Source: Piromyces finnis finn
Taxonomy: Eukaryota; Fungi; Neocallimastigomycota
Reading direction: 5' to 3'
NCBI GenBank assembly: GCA_002104945.1
Contig: MCFH01000001.1
Location: forward strand, 2,294,001 to 2,358,000
Length of the DNA stretch: 64,000 bases
In this document: positions 1 to 12,023 of the stretch, one piece after another
How positions within the stretch are numbered: the stretch's first letter is position 1
Layout of the letters: each line of letters opens with the position of its first letter
Program-made: the position numbers and the translations under genes
The notes under the pieces: generated by a model
The model's input: only the letters and a program-made list of their open reading frames with translations
Databases searched by the model: none
Told to the model about the DNA's origin: nothing

Positions 1-1
1 T

Positions 2-1927
2 AATGGATCAGGTACTACTGGTACAGCTGATTTCCCATACGCCAAGGTATTCATTGGTTCTGGTAATGATGCTGTCGATGAACCAGTTGTTGATGAACCA
101 GTTGTTGACGAACCAGTATCAAAAATATGTCCTACTTCAATTACTAATCAAGGTTATAAGTGTTGTTCTGCTGAAAAGTGTGAAGTTGTATACACTGATG
201 AATCCGGTGATTGGGGTGTTGAAGATGGTGACTGGTGTGGTTGTACTGTCGAAGCACAAACTCCAAACAATAATTCTTCATGTCCACCATCAGTCTTAGC
301 TTTAGGATATCCATGTTGTTCTAAAACTAATTGTGTTGCTGTTTACACTGATGAAACTGGTGATTGGGATGTTGAAAACAATGATTGGTGTTGGTGTAGA
401 GGCAATAATGTTGCTACTACTACAAAGAAAACAACAACAACTATTAAGAAAACTACTACTACTAAGAAAACCACTACAGTTACAAAGACTTCATCTGCTA
501 CTAAAACAAACTTCTGTAGTGCTTCTAGTCACTCTGGTGACAGCGTAAAGGTTACTAGTAACAAGGTTGGTTCTATTAATGGTGTCGGTTATGAATTATG
601 GGCTGATAGTGGTAACAACAGTGCTACTTTCTATGCTGATGGTTCATTATCTTGTTCATTCCAAAATGCTAAGGATTACTTATGTCGTTCAGGTCTTTCC
701 TTCGACAGTACTAAGACTCACGACCAAATTGGTCACATGTACGCTGACTTCAAGCTTGTTAAGCAAAACATTAGAAATGTTGATTACTCTTACGTTGGTA
801 TTTACGGTTGGACCAGAAACCCACTTGTTGAATTCTACGTTGTTGATAACTGGCTCAGTCAATACCGTCCAGGTGATTGGGTTGGTAACAAGAAGCATGG
901 TGATTTCACTATTGATGGTGCTCAATACACTGTTTACGAAAACACTCGTTACGGTCCATCTATTGATGGTGATACTCAATTCAAGCAATACTTCAGTATT
1001 CGTAAGGAAGCTCGTGACTGTGGTACTATTGATATTACAGCTCACTTCCAACAATGGGAAAAGCTTGGTATGAAGCTTGGTAAGATGCATGAAGCTAAGG
1101 TTTTAGGAGAAGCTGGTAGTAATGGATCAGGTACTACTGGTACAGCTGATTTCCCATACGCTAAGGTTTACATTGGTCAAGGTAACAGTAATGCTAGTGC
1201 TGGTAACACTAATACCAACACTAACACTAGCACTGGTAATAGCAGTTTAAGTGGAACTACTTACCCATATGGCACTGGATTCCAATTCTACACTCAATGT
1301 AAGAACAGAAACCACTGGGCTTTAACTTACGATGATGGACCAACTCAATATGCTGACAGTATCTTAGATCTCTTAAAGAAATATGATATTAAGGCTACTT
1401 TCTTCCTTGTTGGTAATATGTATATTCCATCTTCAAGCTCTGAATGGACTAGAATTGTTAAGAGAATGTACAATGAAGGTCACGTTGTTGCTTCTCACAC
1501 TTACAGTCACAACGATTTAACTGGTATGTCTTCTCAACAAATTATTAACGATATGCAAAAACTTGAAGATGCAGTTTACAAGGCAGTTGGAGTTAAGCCA
1601 GCCTTCATGAGACCACCATATGGTTCTGGTAATGGTAACCAAAATGTTATGAATACTCTTAAGAACTTTGGTATTAATGCTGCTTGTAACTGGCATGTTG
1701 ATCCAATGGACTGGGATAACGGAGGTAACATTAACTATGCTAAGCAAGTTCTTGGTAAGCTTAATGGTGAAGGAGTTATTACCTTAAACCATTTACAATA
1801 CAATGGAGCTACTGCTCAAGGTATTCTTGATTTATCTAAGGCTGAAATTGAATTAATGTTATCTAAGGGTTACAAGCCAGTTACTATGGAAGAATGTCTT
1901 GGTATGAATGCTTATAAGAAGAATTAA
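2..1927 (+). CDS. 5'-partial multi-domain xylanase/deacetylase: end of GH11 - 2x fungal dockerin (CBM10) - Thr/Lys linker - GH11 - CE4 (subtype A)
   Basis: The frame of ORF 737..1927 reads open back to base 2: NGSGTTGTADFPYAKVFIG (GH11 end), then two C..GYxCC..DWxVE..WCxC dockerins and a TTTKKTTT linker. The next GH11 has both catalytic Glu (LVEFYVVDNW, KVLGEAG). CE4 motifs TYDDGP, HTYSH, RPPYG, DPMDW and LNH are present. No introns. Confidence 0.93.
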   Translation, partial: NGSGTTGTADFPYAKVFIGSGNDAVDEPVVDEPVVDEPVSKICPTSITNQGYKCCSAEKCEVVYTDESGDWGVEDGDWCGCTVEAQTPNNNSSCPPSVLALGYPCCSKTNCVAVYTDETGDWDVENNDWCWCRGNNVATTTKKTTTTIKKTTTTKKTTTVTKTSSATKTNFCSASSHSGDSVKVTSNKVGSINGVGYELWADSGNNSATFYADGSLSCSFQNAKDYLCRSGLSFDSTKTHDQIGHMYADFKLVKQNIRNVDYSYVGIYGWTRNPLVEFYVVDNWLSQYRPGDWVGNKKHGDFTIDGAQYTVYENTRYGPSIDGDTQFKQYFSIRKEARDCGTIDITAHFQQWEKLGMKLGKMHEAKVLGEAGSNGSGTTGTADFPYAKVYIGQGNSNASAGNTNTNTNTSTGNSSLSGTTYPYGTGFQFYTQCKNRNHWALTYDDGPTQYADSILDLLKKYDIKATFFLVGNMYIPSSSSEWTRIVKRMYNEGHVVASHTYSHNDLTGMSSQQIINDMQKLEDAVYKAVGVKPAFMRPPYGSGNGNQNVMNTLKNFGINAACNWHVDPMDWDNGGNINYAKQVLGKLNGEGVITLNHLQYNGATAQGILDLSKAEIELMLSKGYKPVTMEECLGMNAYKKN

Positions 1928-2600
1928 AAACATTTTTCAACCTAAAATAATGAAAAAAAATCAAAAATTATATTTTGATAAATCATTTTGATTTATTAAA
2001 CAATGCTTAAAAGTAGGTAAATCTAGAAGATTTAATGTACTTTTAAAATATATTTACAGAGAAAATATCTTTAATGTTAAGATATTTTTATTTAATTTTA
2101 TATAAATATAATAATCAGTGAAAAAATATTTTAAAATAAAGAAAAAAAAAATTAAAGAGTAAGCAATTAGGAAGAAAAAAAAATCAAAAAAAATCGAAAA
2201 AAAGAAACTTTATGTAGTAAAGTTTAAAAAATTTAAAATAATAAATATATATATATTGTTTTTTTTAATTGTTTTCAAATTTTATGTAAAAATGATAAAT
2301 CTATTAGTAAAAACCAATTAAGTTTTTTTTAAAAAATTCAGTAAAAATCTCTTAGTTTGTAAAAATAATATATATATTAAAATTTCTTTATATTAAAATT
2401 TAATAAAATTAAAAAATGTAAATAAAAAATATTTTTATTTAAAAAATTTTATTTTGTTTATAAATTGTTATTTTATGAGTTATAAAAAAGTCATAATTGA
2501 TTGAAAATTATTAAAATACTGTTTTTCTAATTCTTTTAAGGTGAATAGAGTCTTCTTCTTTTTTTTTTTTTTTATCTTCATGTTAAAGCTTTTAATAAAA

Positions 2601-3174
2601 TTTTTTTTAACTTCCGAGTGCATTTCTCCCATCGATCGGAGTTAGCTCCAATGGTGGTTCTTAGAGAAACGTTGGCTCATTCCTATTGCTAGGTGGTTGT
2701 GACCCTCCTGGTCTGTCATACTGTTTCTTCAGCTTCGACGCTCACTTAATCCATGTACATTAGATGCATGTCGTACGATATTTCACAACTAATTTGATGC
2801 CGTTAAAAAAAAAAAAATTTCACAACTACAATGCTAAGCCTCTTATAGTCAATTTGATCACGTGTCAACCGCCCCCTAATGTTTACACTTAAATTGATTA
2901 AGGAATATTGTGTGTTTTTGGCATAGCCTAAGTCACCACTTATTAAGTTCTAATTTGGAATGTACCATGTACACTAGACCCTCTCAGGCCGGCTAGACGA
3001 GTGTTATTATCATAGTAGTAAATTAGAAAGTTCTTTTATACTTACCTGAATATCATAACCCAACCCATGGCAAACCCAGTGGGAAAATCCACAGGCACTG
3101 ACATCTGCGGGGTCGAACCAGAAGCCTTATGTATACTAAGGCAACGCCTTAACAACCAGGATAAAAACTGGAAC
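2601..3174 (-). mobile_element. tRNA-headed SINE, copy 1 (full length; carries a 26-nt LINE micro-insertion)
   Basis: The minus strand starts GTTCCAGTTTTTATCCTGGT (T8, G18G19 as in a tRNA A-box region) and has a B-box GGTTCGACCCC (+ strand 3109-3119). It ends ...CACTCGGAAGTT + A8 (T-run 2601-2608). Near-identical to 39961-40509. Confidence 0.8.
2791..2816 (+). mobile_element. 26-nt extremely 5'-truncated LINE family 1 insertion
   Basis: AATTTGATGCCGTT + A12 matches the LINE 3' terminus at 4827-4847. It is flanked by ATTTCACAACT at 2780-2790 and 2817-2827. The SINE copy at 39961-40509 has the empty site. Confidence 0.85.
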
Positions 3175-4847
3175 AGCTTTTTATAATAAGGTTTTGAAAG
3201 TACCTTCAGTTAGTAAATATTTAAGAAATCCTAATATTCCTATTCCTTTCAAAAAGCTAGTATTTAACTCACAAGTGATTATCAGAGTTTCATACTTTGC
3301 ACCATTACTTGGGTCCAACAAAGCTAGGTCTAGGATTGCTCAGAAGCATGTTAACAAAGGAATACGATGGGCTGCAGGAGTTCATAAAGCTGTATCGTTT
3401 ATATCTCTATACTCTATCTCAAAAGATTTGAATATTCCTCCATTGTCAGCCAAATGTGCGTTAGCTCAGGTTAGATGTTTTAACAAATGGAAAAACTCAA
3501 ATTGTATTATCTCACACCTTGTCAATTACATTCCTAAATTTAGAAAATACACGTGGTGCAAATCAAGTAGGACACTTGATAAAAAATTAAAGAAACATGG
3601 AGATGTTAAAGCAGTTAAAAACTTTTATTGGAAAGATCCCAAAGGAAATTCAATCAAAGCACAATATTACGATGATAATAAATTTAGTGAAACTAAAGAT
3701 TTTATCAAATTATGTTATGAGTACCCAGAGTTTGCCTATGGTTTCTACTGGCTATTGAAAGCAAGAAGCGGATACAAGTTAGATGCAAGAGTTGCAAAAG
3801 CTGCTAAATTTGTTGATCCAGTTTGTCCTAACTACTGTTCATGTTGCAAGTGTGGTGTTCAAAGTATTAAACATTGGTTATTAGATTGTCCAACATTTAG
3901 AGATATCCGTATTAAACATTATGATTCCATAGTCCAGCTATTAAATTTTTTCAATCAACGTAATTCCAACAGTCCTATCAATAATATTAATAATAGTAGA
4001 GACAGCAATAATATTAATAGTAATAGTAACAATAGTAGTAATAATAGTAACAATAGTAATAGTAACAGTAGTAATAGCAACAATAGTAATAGTAACAATA
4101 GTAGTAATAATAGTAACAATAGTAATAGTAACAGTAGTAATAGCAACAATAGTAATAGTAACAATAGTAGTAGTAGTTATAATAATAATAATAATAGTAA
4201 TAATATTAGTAATAATAGATATAGTGAAGATAATAATTCTAATTTAGATAGTAATTTAGTTAATAATAGTAATAGTTCTAATAATTCGGTGAATATTAAT
4301 GTGTATGATTATTCTAGTGTGTGCAATAAAATATTTAAATTCCTTCATGGGGGAAGAAGTTTTAACAATATCAATTACAATTCAAGGGAATGGAAAGAAC
4401 TTTGCAAGTGTCAGATTCAATCTGGCAATAACGAAGGAACATCATTCTTGACGGTAACAGCGGAACTTCTAACCAAAATCATGCCTTTTGCTATTGGCCA
4501 GCAATGGTCAATGTTCAAAAGGTTTGAAGCAACAGCCATGAGCGTCAATGCTGAAGAAAAGTAAGACAGGCCAGGAGGGCCAGCGCAACCAATGGAGATC
4601 ATAATTTTGTCCAATGATAAAATTCTGATCTTTGGCTCGGTGTCCCATTGAAAGTCAAATACAATTATTATACTTTAGTATAATAGTGGCTTTTTTACTT
4701 TAATTAAAATTACTAGAATACATTATACCCAATTTTTATTCATTTGTGTTTATTTAAACATATTTTTTTATTTTTTATATAACATGTATTATAATTTTAA
4801 TTAAATTAATAATAAAGTTTAAAATATTTGATGCCGTTAAAAAAAAA
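3175..4847 (+). mobile_element. 5'-truncated non-LTR retrotransposon (LINE family 1, copy A), ORF C-terminus + 3' UTR + poly(A)
   Basis: Open 456-codon frame (3194..4564) with a C-terminal CxxC..HxxxxC knuckle (CSCCKCGVQSIKHWLLDCP). Ends TTTGATGCCGTT(A)9. Its 5' part aligns with the minus-strand copy at 57130-57680, which continues into reverse-transcriptase motifs. Confidence 0.85.
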
Positions 4848-5153
4848 TTAGTTGTTAAGATTTTTAAATTACCATCAGTAGTAATAGTAGCTTGAAATTG
4901 TTCAGATATTCTTAAAGGTGAACGATAATTACAAATAGTTGGAGTTACAGCAAAACTTTTATTGACATTAAGTAATGAAAAATTTTTATATCATTGGATT
5001 TTGGAATGTTCTGCATTCTCTGAATACAGAACTTCTTTACTTACTTTTCTTGACAATCTTTTTACCCTTTTTTACAGTATATACAAAAATCAATTCGTCA
5101 CTTACTTACTTCCTGAAGTGGAAGTATGAAAAACAATTTATAGCTATAGTTTT

Positions 5154-5764
5154 ACGTTCCTTCTTGGTAGAACTTTAACTTATGATGAGCTACAAATCGA
5201 TAAGGCGGAACAAAGACATTTGAATGAATAGCTTTACAGTTCATCGGGGGTCTCATGTTCAATATGTAGAGGGTCTTGCGGCTTTTCTTACTAAAACAAT
5301 CCCTATCATCAGTAGCTCAATGAAGCTCCTTTTTGATAGGCTTAGTAAGACACTTAACGTAATCAGGAGCGCCGACGTCGTACCTATATGGCAAAGAAAC
5401 ATTCCTAATGTTCCGTACACAGGGTTCAATGTTAATATTTAGTATTTCTTTGAATGAAAACATTATGAACTCATAGGAGAGTTTAGTGGACACCATACTA
5501 TCATACCTGATATTACTTCTCTCTTTGTTTCATTTAATTTATTAGGTAGGGATCAATCTCACACAGTGAAAATTGCAGAGTTCATTGAACTTTTATGCAA
5601 CTTTAATAATTATTTTACTTTATATTTATATTTTTATAATATATATTTAATTATTTTTATTTATTATTTATTATATCAATATATATTATCACCTAATAAA
5701 ATGTAATTTCATAAAATAAATAAATAAATATAAGAAGTGTACTCTTTTCCTAGTCTAAAAAAAA
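5154..5764 (+). mobile_element. LINE-tail retroposon, family 2 (copy 1)
   Basis: Starts ACGTTCCTTCTTGG and encodes a degenerate FLLG..EGLAAFLTKTIP peptide resembling the family 1 C-terminus. AT-rich 3' UTR ends TTCCTAGTCT(A)n. Homologous to 26218-26812 and 26813-27393. Confidence 0.75.
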
Positions 5765-5769
5765 GAAAA

Positions 5770-7291
<1,522 letters not shown>

Positions 7292-7317
7292 TTTTTTTAT
7301 CTTCTTAACCAGTAGCA

Positions 7318-7697
7318 TATAATAAGCTACAAATCAATAAGACGGAACATTTGAATGAACACCTTTACGGTTCATCGGGATCTTATATTCCATATGTAGA
7401 GGGTCTCGCAACTTTTCTTACCAAAACAATTTCTATTATTAGTAGTAGTAGCTCAATGAAGCTACTTTTTGATAAGTTTAAAGGGTTAAGGTTCACCTAA
7501 TGTAATCAAGAGTGCCGACGTCATATCGTATGGAAAAGGAACATTTCTAATGTTTCGTACACAAGGTTCAATGTTAATATTTTTTTTTGAATGAAAACAT
7601 TAAGAATTCATGAATGAGTTTAATAGAAACCACACTATCATACTGATGCTTTTTTTTTTTTTTATTTTATTTAATTTATTAGTGACCAATCCTACAA
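7318..7697 (+). mobile_element. Diverged, 3'-incomplete family 2 retroposon
   Basis: AGCTACAAATC..GACGGAAC..ATTTGAATGAAC..GTAGAGGGTCTCGC..AGTGCCGACGTC aligns with 5154-5560. No CCTAGTCT(A)n end found. Confidence 0.65.
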
Positions 7698-7817
7698 CTA
7701 AAAATAATAGATAATTTAACCATTTGAAAATAAACACATTAATTATATTTATATATACTGATATGAAATAATAATAAAATAATAAAATATTATAGTAATA
7801 GTAATATAAGAAATGCG

Positions 7818-8475
7818 ATTCTAGTTACTCAAAGGCCTTGAATTCTACACTCAATGTCAAAAGCCAATGAGCTGGGCTTTGACTTATAATGATGGACCAA
7901 CCGAATTTGCTGATGCTCTTTTAGTTTTTTTTTAAAGGAAAAGGGTACTAAGGCCACATTCTTTATTGTTGGACATATGTATATGGGTAACAGTAGTCCA
8001 GATTGGTCTAGAATTATAAAGAGAATATACAATGAAGGACATGTTGTTGGTAATCATACTTATGATCATCAAGATTTGACAGGACTTTCAGCTGATCAAA
8101 TTAAGAATCAAATGAAGCAAGTTGAAGATTGTATTTTTCAAGCTATTGGTAAGAGACCAGCGTTTATGCGTCCACCATATGGTTCTGGATCAGGAAATCA
8201 AAATGTTATGAATGCACTTCAATCAGCAGGTTACACAGCCGCAGTTAATTGGAATGTTGATCCAATGGATTACAGTAATGGAGGAGATATTAATTATGCT
8301 AAGCAAGTTATTAATCAAGCTAAGGGTCAACCAATCATTACATTAAATCACTTAAAATATGGTGGAGCTACTAAAGAAGGTATTTTAGCTTTAGCTAAAG
8401 CAGAAATTGATACAATGTTAGCTAATAGTTATATTCAGTTACTATGGAAGAATGTTTAGTAATGAGTGCTTGCTA
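7818..8475 (+). pseudogene. CE4 (subtype B) pseudogene fragment, paralog of the 3' end of 16693..20022
   Basis: High nucleotide similarity to 19355-20020. Deletion at the 5' edge, TYDDGP changed to TYNDGP, frameshift in the T-run near 7925-7933, 1-nt loss near 8432. No upstream GH11 or signal peptide. Confidence 0.88.
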
Positions 8476-11400
8476 GTAAATTACAATATATTTATATAAT
8501 TATATAAATTATATAACTATATTTTTATAAGTATAAAAGAAAAATCAGTAAAAATAAAAATTTTAGATTTATCAAATCAATACAATAGCATATATATGAA
8601 GATATAATTTTATTATTTCATAAATAATTATACCTATAAATACATTTTTATAAATTTCATATTTTTATTTAATTAAAATAAAAAAGATATGATTTCTGTT
8701 TAAATGGTTTTACTTTTTTAAAAAAAACAAAACAATTAAAAACAAAATAAAAAAAGCAAACTAAAAATAAAGTCTTTTTTTTTTATTTTCTTATAAATAA
8801 TAGTTAAAAGAATAAAATAAGATGTTAAAATTATTATTAAAATAATTTATTACTATAATCTATTTTTAAAAATAATACAATAAAAAAAAAAAATCTTTAT
8901 TATAATCTTTCGTAGTATTTTTTAATTGTTACTATTTTTTTTTTTTTTACCAATAGATATGAAAAAGTAAAATAATCTTTAGTAATATTTTTACTACTTT
9001 TTTTTTTCAATTTACCAATAAATATGAAAGTAAAATAATGAACCAAAAAGTTAAGAAATAATATTAGTTATTTACTAACAATTTTATTTTTATATATTTA
9101 TGTTGAATGAATAATCTTTTAGGAAGTAGAATGAATAAATAGAGAGAAACAAAATTATGTATTATTAATATTTATAAATTAATTAAATGTATATTGTTAA
9201 TAAAATATTTACTAAATTTTTAAGTAAAATAATTATTAATTTTTTTTTTACTAAAAAAGTAAATAATATATTCCAAAAAAGGAAAATGTTCACCTTTTGA
9301 GACTAAAGTTATTCTATAAGAAAAATATATTAAAATATATTAAAATATAAAAATATTAAAATGTATTTTATAATTATGAAATATTCTACATAAAGTTATT
9401 AAAAAATTATTTATATTTTATAGCCTTCATAGTAATAAAGATATGTAAAAATTAATGAAGAATAAAAACAAAGTTAAAATTCAACTTTTAAATATAGAAT
9501 CATGTATTTATGTATTATTCAAATAAAAGTTAAGTGAAATCTTTATAAATATTTATGTTTTAATTTTTTTTTATTTATATAAAAGTTAGTTTGTATCCCA
9601 TTCATCTTTTATAAGTTTTGTGTTTAGAATCTTATTTATATTTATTATTAATTTAAATTAAATTATAGAATAAAGTAATGCCTAATTAAAAAAAATATTT
9701 TTTTTTTAAATAATTATACTTATATTTTAACATATTATTTTAATGTAGTTTTTAACATTAATTTTATGTTTTTCTATAATTGCTATATAAAATATATTAG
9801 CAGACCTTTTTTTAAAAAATATATATAAATAGTAAAATCAAAAAATAAAAAACTAAACTTTTTCATGCTATTTTACTTTTAAAATTATATATAAATAAAT
9901 GATTTTATAATATTTTAGTTTTTTACATAAAGGATAGAAATTTTTTTATAAATTTTCTATAATCTATAAACAACAATAAGAAATATATATTAAATCAATA
10001 GAAATTTTATATATTTATGTATAAACATTATATATTAAACACAATATATTAAAATAAATGTTATCAATTACAAATAGAAGATAAATCAGATTTAATCTAG
10101 TTATTATTCTTAGTTTATTCTATTAAGAATTTAATTAAATATTTTTGTAAAAGATGGGTTACAAATATTAACATATATAAAGAGAAAAATCAATATAATT
10201 ATATGATGATTATAATCTATATGACATTAATATATTATGTTATTTATTATAGTAAATTTAAATATATAATTAATTTGAATTCAATAAATAAATATAAAAT
10301 AATAATTAAAAGATAATGAAACATAAAAGATATATAAATATCTTTCGAAAATATATATATTAAATCTAAATTTATTGTATATTTATGGTGCTTAATAATA
10401 ATCATTCTTTAGTATTACATTGTATTTTAAATAATTAATTATATGAACAAAAGCAAAAAACAAATATACTAAACAATAATAGAATTAAAAATTATTTATG
10501 TTTATTATCTTTTTTATTATATTACTATATATTACTATAGTAATTAATTTTTCTTTTTTAATTTTAATTATAAAATTAATTTATTCAGATATACATTATT
10601 TAATTTTACACGATAATATAAAATATATTATTATCTAAAAATAAATTTAAAGTATATATAAAATAAAGTTTCTATTATAACATAAATTTGATATTGTTTT
10701 CTTTTTTAATTGTTTAATATCATGGTAGAGTATAATAGTAAAGAGAAAAAGAATTATAATTTTATGTTTTAATTATTTTAATAAAAATGAAAGAAGGAAA
10801 GATTAAAAGTGAAATTATATATATATTTTTAAAAAGCATTTATTTATATTTAATCAATTAAACGTATATGTTTAAATATGGAGTCATGTCATTCTTTTTT
10901 GCAATTGGTTTGGTAAATAAATATATATAATATTTTTCTATTCTATCCTCGATATAAATGAATATACTAAATGTTAATAATTTTTTTTTAAAAAAAATAC
11001 TTAAAATAAATTAAAAAGTTATAAAATAGAATTGTGTTCTTCTATTCTTTTATCAACTGATGCTTTATAAATTAAAAAAAAAAGTAGAATTATTCTTTAT
11101 ACAATTAAGATATATTCTTTTTTATAACTTTTAATATTTTATTATATCTAACTGTTATACTTATAATTTAGGAATATTAATAGTTAAATTTTAAAAAAAA
11201 AAAAAAATTTTTTATAAATAGTATTAAAATATTAAAAAAAAAATAAAAAAAATTTTTTTTAATAAATAGTATGATTTTATTAGAATATTAAAAGTTAATT
11301 AAAGGACTCCTATAAATTAAAGCATAAATTTATATAGTTTTAACTAAGAAAAATAAATTAAATCTCATGTTCCATGATTAAAACTTTATTTTAAATTTTT

Positions 11401-12023
11401 ATGTTGAAATTTTGGCAATTTATTTATTTAAACGAATATTAGTAAAATATAATGCTAAATTTATAATATTGAATTAAAAAAGTAATGAAATAATATAATA
11501 TACCTTTTCTGATTATGTTATATTATTATTATTTTATTCAATGTTTATATTTAAAATCGATGTGGATGTTAAAATTATAGTAATAAAAAGTTAAAAATAA
11601 AGTCCCATAATATTTTATATTTTTTTCTCAATAATGAAATATACCACCCAACAATATCCATTTCATATTTAAATCTTATATATTATTTTTTATGTTATCC
11701 GTTTTATTGTTTTGTTTTATTTAATGATATAATATATATATATTAAACAATATAATAATATATTTACTATATAAATTAAAAATAAAACAGTAATAATTAA
11801 AGTTAAATTAATAAAATCTTATTTATTAGTATTAATTTCAGAAAAAGTTTTACTAATTTTGGTATATAAGAATAAATTTTTTCTCTTTTTATTAATTATT
11901 TTCATCTTCAAATAATAATATAATAAAAGAATATTATTATTAGTTGTTTAAAAATTTTTTGACTTTTTTATTTTTAATTGGATTTAATTATTAATAAGTT
12001 AAAAGTTTTTTTGAAAATTAAAA

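Noticed and set aside
3100-3174. Possible functional tRNA gene (also 40435-40509)
   Set aside because: B-box is present, but acceptor and T stems do not pair properly and no canonical anticodon arm can be assigned. It is always attached to the same body and A-tail, so it is treated as a SINE head.
3955-4164. Poly-Leu minus-strand ORF (also 18174..18401 and 45597..45800)
   Set aside because: Antisense reading of AAT/AAC repeats.
2581-4870. TSD around the SINE+LINE composite (TGTTAAAGCTTTTAA vs TGTTAAGATTTTTAA)
   Set aside because: Inexact, offset from the junctions and AT-only; compatible with chance.
8500-12000. Long intergenic stretches (also 20050-22750, 37800-39280, 47750-49600, 52450-55500) and short ORFs such as 15718..15948
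   Set aside because: Near-pure A/T low-complexity DNA typical of these genomes; no coding, repeat or RNA structure signal I could support.
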